DNA of 64,000 nucleotides from Bacteroidia bacterium (lineage in GTDB: Bacteria > Bacteroidota > Bacteroidia > SpSt-205), in NCBI GenBank assembly GCA_026003215.1, contig BPGV01000001.1:2202466-2266465 (forward strand), written 5' to 3'. The position numbers and the translations under genes are program-made. The stretch's first letter is position 1. Every line of letters begins with the position of its first letter. The notes under the pieces were generated by a model, which saw nothing but the letters and a program-made list of their open reading frames with translations, made no database searches and was not told the origin of the DNA. Below are positions 57,683-64,000 of the stretch, piece after piece.

Positions 57683-58867
57683 ATGACCAATAGGGTACAA
57701 ATTTTGGTTTTGAGACTTGCTCTGGTACTAAGTAATCTTTTGGCGCAGAATGTAGGTATCGGCACGAGCACACCTGTTTCCCGGTTGCATGTAGCAGGAA
57801 CGAATGCTACCCTTACCGTAGGCCCCTTTGGTATAGGCCAGAGTGAGGGGCGGATCGTAGCCACAGGAAGTGCAGCAGAGATTTCATTTGTGAGGAGAAC
57901 TCTTACCACTTGGCCTACTTCCCCTCAGCCTGGAGATAGATTCGCTTGGCATAATCCTGACGGTACTGCTCGCCTGTGGTCCAATGCCGACTTGGTATGG
58001 GTAACTGCGGGGGGTTATGTGGGCATAGGGACTTCGCCTGGGGTGCCGTTGCACGTGCGGAAGGATGCACCTGCTTCTCAGCCTACCGCAGCTTTCTTGA
58101 ATGCGAGCGGCGTAGGAGTATACATAGGCCACATAAGTGGCACAGGTACCTATGGCTCTGTACAAGGTAGGAATGGCGGTTCCTCCGCAAACCTTATTCT
58201 CCAAGAAAATGGAGGGCTTGTAGGCATAGGAATCAATACCCCCCAAGTAAAGCTCCATGTTGTAGATGTGATTGAGGCTTCCGCACCTGACTATAATCAA
58301 AAATCGGCTTCTATTACTGGAGACGGATCCGTGGAGCTTCTGCGTAACCCAAACTCGGGTGCATTGCCTTGTACTGGTGTATGGGGTTATATTGATTTTA
58401 AGAACCTTCGTTCAGATGACCATGATGGGCGTATCCTATATGGGGATGGCCCCTGTTCCCCGAGCACTCCTCCGACAGAGGGTTTTTACTTTCTGAGAGG
58501 GCTAAATGGGCAATCCTCCATAGGGACCTACACCAGCACAGGCTGGGGACATTCCTCGGATGGTCGTCTTAAGACAGATGTACATCCCCTCTCTGGCGCC
58601 TTAGAGCGGGTTATGCGTTTGCGTCCTGTGTATTTCCGGTGGAAAAATGAACCTCATCAACGACAAGTGGGATTTATTGCGCAAGAGGTAGCCGACGTTT
58701 TTCCGGAGGTAGTTTCGCAGGTGGAGGATACCTATGTGCTCTACCACGGAAGCTTGACAGCGCCATTAGCGGGCGCCATTCAGGAGCTATATCAGATTAT
58801 CGAAGCCCAGCGTGAGGAGATCCGGCAACTCAAAGCGCGCATAGAAGCTTTGGAGCGGAGTAGATAA
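57683..58867 (+). CDS. Tail-fibre-like secreted protein with a C-terminal peptidase-S74 intramolecular chaperone domain
   Basis: Signal peptide, then repeated (N/Y/L)VGIGT..P...LHV motifs (x3+). The C-terminus SSDGRLKTDVHPLSGALERVMRLRPVYFRWK...VGFIAQEVADVFPEVV is followed by a coiled coil, which is the endosialidase-chaperone (S74) signature. Confidence 0.6.
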   Translation: MTNRVQILVLRLALVLSNLLAQNVGIGTSTPVSRLHVAGTNATLTVGPFGIGQSEGRIVATGSAAEISFVRRTLTTWPTSPQPGDRFAWHNPDGTARLWSNADLVWVTAGGYVGIGTSPGVPLHVRKDAPASQPTAAFLNASGVGVYIGHISGTGTYGSVQGRNGGSSANLILQENGGLVGIGINTPQVKLHVVDVIEASAPDYNQKSASITGDGSVELLRNPNSGALPCTGVWGYIDFKNLRSDDHDGRILYGDGPCSPSTPPTEGFYFLRGLNGQSSIGTYTSTGWGHSSDGRLKTDVHPLSGALERVMRLRPVYFRWKNEPHQRQVGFIAQEVADVFPEVVSQVEDTYVLYHGSLTAPLAGAIQELYQIIEAQREEIRQLKARIEALERSR

Positions 58868-58895
58868 GAGCTCCCGCTTTTGGGGTTGAAGGCTT

Positions 58896-59705
58896 TTACA
58901 CCGCCACCGGTGCAGGTAGCGCCGGATGATGCTGGTAGTTCAGGAGGGTAACATCTTCCGGGGTAAAATCATCCAGCTCTCGCTTGAAGGGATTTAGAGC
59001 GATTTGAGGGAGAGGATACGGTGTGCGACTAAGCTGAATGCGCGCCTGCTCCTCATGGTTTCGGTACAAATGCACATCCCCTAAGGCAAATACCACCCGA
59101 TGCGGCGTATAGCCTGTACAGTGAGCTACCAGATGAAGCAGGAGGGCATACGAGGCCACGTTGAACGGTAGGCCCAAAAACACATCGGCGCTGCGTTGAT
59201 ACACTTGGATAGATAGCCGCTGGCTGTCTGGCTCAGCATAAAACTGGAAGAGCACATGACAAGGGGGCAGTTTCATCTCTGGCAGCTGGGCTACGTTCCA
59301 TGCGGAGACGAGGAGGCGGCGGCTGTAGGGGTTTTCGCGCAGGCTCCGAATCACAGCACCCAGTTGGTCGTAGGCTTCGCCCTTGTAGCCGGGCCAGCGC
59401 CGCCATTGATACCCATAAATCGGCCCTAATTCCCCCGCTTCATCCGCCCACTCATCCCAAATCGTCACCTGGTGCTCATGAAGATAACGAATATTCGTTT
59501 CCCCCCGCAAAAACCAAAAAAGCTCAAACAAAATGGACTTGAAATGCACCTTCTTGGTGGTCAAAAGCGGAAATCCCTCCGACAGATCCACATCCAGCTG
59601 TACCCCAAAAAGCCCACGGGTACCTACGCCGGTCCTATCCATGCGGACGGGGGCGCTAAGGAGACGCTCCAGCAGAGAGAGATAGGCCCTTTCGTAGCGG
59701 CTCAT
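58896..59705 (-). CDS. thyA: Thymidylate synthase
   Basis: RTGVGT, LLTTKKVHFKSI, the catalytic Cys context (LPPCH), and a length of 269 aa. Confidence 0.9.
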   Translation of the reverse strand: MSRYERAYLSLLERLLSAPVRMDRTGVGTRGLFGVQLDVDLSEGFPLLTTKKVHFKSILFELFWFLRGETNIRYLHEHQVTIWDEWADEAGELGPIYGYQWRRWPGYKGEAYDQLGAVIRSLRENPYSRRLLVSAWNVAQLPEMKLPPCHVLFQFYAEPDSQRLSIQVYQRSADVFLGLPFNVASYALLLHLVAHCTGYTPHRVVFALGDVHLYRNHEEQARIQLSRTPYPLPQIALNPFKRELDDFTPEDVTLLNYQHHPALPAPVAV

Positions 59706-59751
59706 ATGTCAATAGTACAACAAATCTTGTGCCATTTTTTCCGCTATTTTT

Positions 59752-61287
59752 TCACAGGCCTCGCAGCCATTCAGGCACGCTGAGCTTTTCCCCCAAATAG
59801 AAGCGCACTTGGCTCATAGGAAGCCGAATCTGCTCCAGCGTATCGCGGTCTCGCACCGTCACGGTTTCCTCTTCAAGGGTCTGGCCATCTATGGTGAGGC
59901 AAAAAGGCGTACCCTTGGCATCATAGCGCCGATACCGCCGCCCGATGGAGTCTTTTTCTTCATAGGCTACCATAAAGTAAAACCGCAGCTCTTCATACAG
60001 CTTGCGGGCTTTTTCTATAAACTCGTCTTTACGCACCAGCGGGAAAATCGCCACAGGAATCGGCGCCAAAATAGGGTGTATTTTCAGTACGGTGCGCAGT
60101 TCTTGGCCGCCTTCGGCGGTGGGCGCCATCTCTTCGGTATATCCTTGCGCTAAGTGAGCCAGGACCAACCTATCCAAGCCCACAGAGGTCTCTATCACAT
60201 AGGGGATGTACGATTCGCCCAAGGCTTCGTCGTAGTACTCCAGTTTTTTGCCGCTGTATTGGGCGTGGCGGGAGAGGTCGTAGTTGGTGCGGGAATGGAT
60301 GCCTTCCAGCTCTTTGAAGCCGAAGGGAAACGCAAACTCAATATCGGTAGCCGCGCGGGCATAATGGGCCAGGTGTTCGTGGTCTTTGAAACGGAGGTTT
60401 TCGGGGCGCAGGCCCAAGTGCTGGTGCCAGCGCATGCGTTTTTCCTTCCAGTACGCGTACCATTCGTCTTCGGTGCCCGGCCGCACGAAAAACTGCATCT
60501 CCATCTGCTCAAACTCCCGCATCCGAAAAATAAACTGCCGCGCCACAATCTCATTCCGAAAAGCCTTACCTATCTGAGCAATCCCGAAGGGTATTTTTTG
60601 CCGGGCCGTTTTGAGTACCAGGGGGAAATCTACGAAAATGCCTTGGGCGGTCTCGGGTCTTAGGTAGATTTCTAAGGCTTCGTCGGCGATGGCGCCCAGC
60701 TGCGTGGAAAACATGAGGTTGAACTGGCGTACAGGGGTCCATTCGGTGGCTCCGCTTTCGGGACAAGGGATTTTTTCTTCTTGGAGCAGGGTAGTGAGGG
60801 CTGCCCAATCCCGCGCAGAAAGGGCCGCAGCGAGTTTTTGGCGCAGGGTCTGGGCGCGCACATAATCTTTGTGCGCCTGCAACTGCTCTTCTATGGCCTC
60901 GGGGGGAAGGCCTGCTTTGCGGGCTTTCTTCTCTACTTCCTTGCGCGCGCGCTCTTCTAATCGCTGGGCGTAGTCTTCTATAAGGGTATCTACCCGGTAG
61001 CGCTTTTTGGAAACTTTATTATCCACAAGCGGGTCATGAAAGGCTTCTACATGGCCGGAAGCCTCCCATACGCGCGGATGCATGAGTATAGCGGCATCTA
61101 AGCCTACGATATTTTCATGCAGCTGCACCATCGCCCGCCACCACAGTTCTGCGATTCGCCGTTTTAGTTCTACGCCTAAGGGACCATAGTCGTAGATGCC
61201 CCCTATCCCTTCGTAAAGCTCACTCCCGGGATAAATAAAGCCTTGCTCCTTAGCAAAGGCTGCCAGTTTGGTCAGGTCTATGGCCAT
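59752..61287 (-). CDS. glyQS: Glycine--tRNA ligase (dimeric class II, GlyQS type)
   Basis: MAIDLTKLAAFAKEQGFIYPGSELYEGIGGIYDYGPLG is the canonical N-terminus. Class II motifs and a C-terminal anticodon-binding domain are present. 511 aa. Confidence 0.9.
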   Translation of the reverse strand: MAIDLTKLAAFAKEQGFIYPGSELYEGIGGIYDYGPLGVELKRRIAELWWRAMVQLHENIVGLDAAILMHPRVWEASGHVEAFHDPLVDNKVSKKRYRVDTLIEDYAQRLEERARKEVEKKARKAGLPPEAIEEQLQAHKDYVRAQTLRQKLAAALSARDWAALTTLLQEEKIPCPESGATEWTPVRQFNLMFSTQLGAIADEALEIYLRPETAQGIFVDFPLVLKTARQKIPFGIAQIGKAFRNEIVARQFIFRMREFEQMEMQFFVRPGTEDEWYAYWKEKRMRWHQHLGLRPENLRFKDHEHLAHYARAATDIEFAFPFGFKELEGIHSRTNYDLSRHAQYSGKKLEYYDEALGESYIPYVIETSVGLDRLVLAHLAQGYTEEMAPTAEGGQELRTVLKIHPILAPIPVAIFPLVRKDEFIEKARKLYEELRFYFMVAYEEKDSIGRRYRRYDAKGTPFCLTIDGQTLEEETVTVRDRDTLEQIRLPMSQVRFYLGEKLSVPEWLRGL

Positions 61288-61296
61288 AAATGTGTG

Positions 61297-62565
61297 TTAT
61301 AGGTAAGCTTTTCGTAGGTAGGGTTGTAAGACTTCGGGCACGCGAATGCGTCCATCGGGCAGTTGATGGGTTTCTAAAATAGCCGCGACGATGCGCGGCA
61401 GCGCCAGCGCACTCCCATTGAGGGTATGCACCAGCTCGGTACTTTTACCTTTGCGGTAGCGAAGTTTCATGCGGTTAGACTGGAAAGTCTCAAAGTTGCT
61501 GATAGAACTCACTTCCAGCCAGCGCTGCTGGGCAGGACTCCACACCTCCACATCATACGTCTTGGCCGAAGCAAAACTCATATCCCCCCCACATAAAAGC
61601 ACCGTCCTAAAGCTAAGCTCTAACTTTTCCACCAGCCCTTGTACGTAGTGACGCATTTCTTCCAGCACGGTGTACGAATCTTCGGGCTTGACTATTTGCA
61701 CAATCTCCACTTTGTCAAACTGATGCAGGCGGTTGAGCCCCCGCACGTCCTTCCCATACGAACCCGCTTCGCGCCGAAAACACGGCGAGTACCCGCAAAT
61801 CTTTATAGGGAGTTGGCTTTCTTCCAGGATCTCCCCGCGGAAGTAGTTGGTAAGGGGCACTTCGGCGGTGGGGATAAGGTAAAGTTCGTCTAAGGGGATG
61901 TAATACATCTGGGCGTCCTTGTCGGGGAGCTGTCCTGTGCCAAAAGCAGTATCGGTATTCACCAGGAAGGGGGCCTCCATCTCTATGTAGCCGGCTTTTT
62001 CGGCTTCCTCCAAGAAAAACTGAATGAGGGCGCGTTGGAGCTTCGCGCCATCGCCTACATAAAAGGGAAAGCCCGACCCCGTGACCTTAGCGCCCCGTTC
62101 AAAGTCGATAAGTCTGCGCTTTTCGGCCAGCTCCCAGTGAGGCAGGCGCCCATCGGGTGGCAAAGGCGGACGGTCATTTTGATAAACGACTACATTATCT
62201 GCTGCTGAACGCCCCTCTGGTACTGAGGGATGGGGTGGATTAGGCAGGCGTATGAGAATCTCTTCCAGTTTAGCTTCGGCATCCTTGAGCTTTTGTTCGG
62301 TGGATTGGAGCTCTTCTTTGAGGGCAGCGCTTTGGGCTTTGAGGGCTTCGGCTGGGTGGGGGTTTTGGGTACGCATGGCTTCGCCGATAGCGCGGGCAAG
62401 CTGGTTGAGTTGGGCGCGGGTGTTGTCTATGGCTTTTTGCAGGCGGCGCCGCTCCTCATCGTAAAATAATACCTGCTGCACCAGCGGGCCCGCATCCATG
62501 CCTTTCTTGGCTAAAGCCGCGATAACCTCCTCCGGTGCTTCCCGCAAGCGAGGCAACGGTATCAT
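61297..62565 (-). CDS. serS: Serine--tRNA ligase
   Basis: N-terminal coiled-coil arm, class II motifs (FRREAGSYGKDVRGLNRLHQFDKVE, GSALALPRIVAAILE). Start set at MIPLPRLRE, with ATG at 62563-62565 on the complement strand. The track ORF carries 22 extra codons. Confidence 0.88.
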   Translation of the reverse strand: MIPLPRLREAPEEVIAALAKKGMDAGPLVQQVLFYDEERRRLQKAIDNTRAQLNQLARAIGEAMRTQNPHPAEALKAQSAALKEELQSTEQKLKDAEAKLEEILIRLPNPPHPSVPEGRSAADNVVVYQNDRPPLPPDGRLPHWELAEKRRLIDFERGAKVTGSGFPFYVGDGAKLQRALIQFFLEEAEKAGYIEMEAPFLVNTDTAFGTGQLPDKDAQMYYIPLDELYLIPTAEVPLTNYFRGEILEESQLPIKICGYSPCFRREAGSYGKDVRGLNRLHQFDKVEIVQIVKPEDSYTVLEEMRHYVQGLVEKLELSFRTVLLCGGDMSFASAKTYDVEVWSPAQQRWLEVSSISNFETFQSNRMKLRYRKGKSTELVHTLNGSALALPRIVAAILETHQLPDGRIRVPEVLQPYLRKAYL

Positions 62566-62623
62566 GGGCTGCAAAGTTAGCGCCGGGGCCCGCACCCTTG
62601 GAGAGAAGGTGTATTTTTGCTTT

Positions 62624-64000
62624 ATGGCCAAAAGTGGGTGGGTAATAGGGGGCCTTATAAGCTTCTTCGGGCTCTGGGCGCAGGAGGTTTTTTATGGGGA
62701 TTTGCGGTTTCGGGTGGCGCCGCCGGCCCGTACCTTAGCCGCTCAAGTAGAGTGGCACTTCCAAAACTTCCAGGGGCAGGAGATGGCCTGGGACTTGGGG
62801 CCCGGCTTAGAGATAGATACGCTGGCCGCCTCCGTGGGAGTAGATACCTTTTGGCGAGATACCGCCGCCCGCAAGGTATATGTGCGCTTCTCGGTGCCTT
62901 TGCAAGGCGAGCCGGCCTGGATACGCGTGACCTACCACGGAGAGCCGCGCAGCTCCGGCTTCGGTTCCTACGAAGTACAGAAACACGCCACAGGCTGGTG
63001 CCTCTGGACCCTCTCGCAACCTTATGGCGCGCCCGATTGGCTCTTTTGCCGAGATGGCCTCTCCGACAAAGTAGATTCTTTAGACATCCTTGTCAGCACG
63101 CCAGCGGAGTTATTGGGAGTAGCTAACGGCCGACTAATACAAGACAGCATAGACGTACAGGGGTGGCGCCATAGGAGCTTCCGACATCGGTACCCTATCG
63201 CGGTGTATCTTATTGCTTTTGCTGCTTCTAACTACGTAGTGCAGGAGTTTCCCGTGCAGACGCCTTATCATACTTTTACCCTGCGAAACTATGTTTTTCC
63301 ACAAGATACGGCCGCTGCTCGGCAGCTTTCGCAGCAGTTTATTCCGTACATATCTTGGTTAGAAGAACGCATAGGGCCTTATCCGTTTGCCTCGGAGGAT
63401 TATCAGCAGGTTCAGATAGGCTGGGGGGGCGGGATGGAACACCAGACGGTGACTTTTTTTTGGGCGTTATACGCTGGAGCTGTGGGCGCATGAACTGGCC
63501 CATCAGTGGTTTGGCGACTGGGTCACCTGTGGGAGCTGGCACGATATCTGGCTCAATGAATCTTTTGCGACTTACTTAGGGGCACTGGCTTACGAAGCCG
63601 TAGCTCCACAATGGTGGCCGGTGTGGCGTAAAGGAGCTATTCTGCGCGCTTGGCAAGACACTCTCCACACCATATGGGTCGACGACACCTCCGATTTCCG
63701 TCGTATCTTTCTATACGAGACCACTTACCTGAAAGGCGCGTTGGCCCTGTATACCCTGAGGCTGTATGTAGGCGATTCGCTCTTTTGGGGAGCCTTGCGT
63801 AGGTATTTGGACACCTATGCCCGTGGGTTTGCAAAAACTGGAGATTTTATCACAGCCACGGCCCCTATTTTGTCAGAAAGAATAGCTCAAAGCTTTGTAG
63901 AGAGCTGGATATATACGCCGCATTTTCCTCGCCTACGCATTACATGGATAGACGGTAAGAGCGCACAAGTAGAAAGCTTTACAGCTTATCCTATGCGAGT
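62624..64000 (+). pseudogene. M1-family aminopeptidase (aminopeptidase N-like), partial at the window end and frameshifted at a T8 tract
   Basis: Signal peptide MAKSGWVIGGLISFFGLWAQ. The GAMEN-like GGMEHQT motif is in one frame, and the zinc motif HELAHQWFGDW...WLNESFATY is in the +1 frame. The junction is the ttttttttt run 63454-63461, where T7 would read ...VTFFGRYTLELWAHELAHQWFG. Confidence 0.65.

Noticed and set aside
1-64000. CRISPR arrays, rRNA or tRNA genes, transposases or integrases
   Set aside because: No regularly spaced direct repeats were found, and the inspected intergenic regions contain no T-loop/anticodon-arm tRNA signatures or rRNA-like conserved stretches. No protein has transposase (DDE) or tyrosine-recombinase motifs. 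The only repeats are the hairpin elements and intragenic coding repeats.

Overview
This is a 64 kb chromosomal segment from a Bacteroidota-type genome of about 57% GC. The phylum call rests on several proteins with T9SS (type IX secretion system) C-terminal sorting domains, a gldE/gldD-like gene pair, and lipoprotein and signal-peptide genes without Shine-Dalgarno sequences.

Housekeeping genes dominate the first 35 kb and the last 5 kb: der, uvrA, groES/groEL, icd, ruvA, folB, a cyclophilin, a PP2C phosphatase, tatD, rdgB, a SUI1/YciH homolog, udk, a block of periplasmic PPIases, thyA, glyQS, serS and an M1 aminopeptidase. Also present are a polysaccharide-export module (Wza-like, Wzc-like BY-kinase, CpsB-type phosphatase), two TonB-dependent receptors, and a periplasmic TPR-CHAT (caspase-like) protein built from nine near-identical 126-bp repeats.

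The middle of the window (35-59 kb) is accessory-like. It holds a run of very large T9SS cargo genes: an FG-GAP protein, a beta-helix/PPC adhesin, and two tandem paralogous Gly-rich, collagen-like PKD proteins with the type-B (CHU_C) sorting domain. An AsmA-like protein, small secreted proteins and a tail-fibre-like protein with a peptidase-S74 intramolecular chaperone domain sit alongside them.

Three of the giant cargo genes are interrupted exactly at homopolymer tracts (C8, C6, G13). A fourth frameshift sits at a T8 tract in the aminopeptidase gene. This looks like either slipped-strand phase variation of surface proteins or homopolymer sequencing error, and the housekeeping hit argues for at least some artefact.

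A family of very GC-rich perfect hairpin arrays closes convergent gene ends. Two ~100-bp paralogous triple-hairpin copies directly flank the beta-helix adhesin locus.

No rRNA, tRNA, CRISPR array or transposase could be supported from the sequence.
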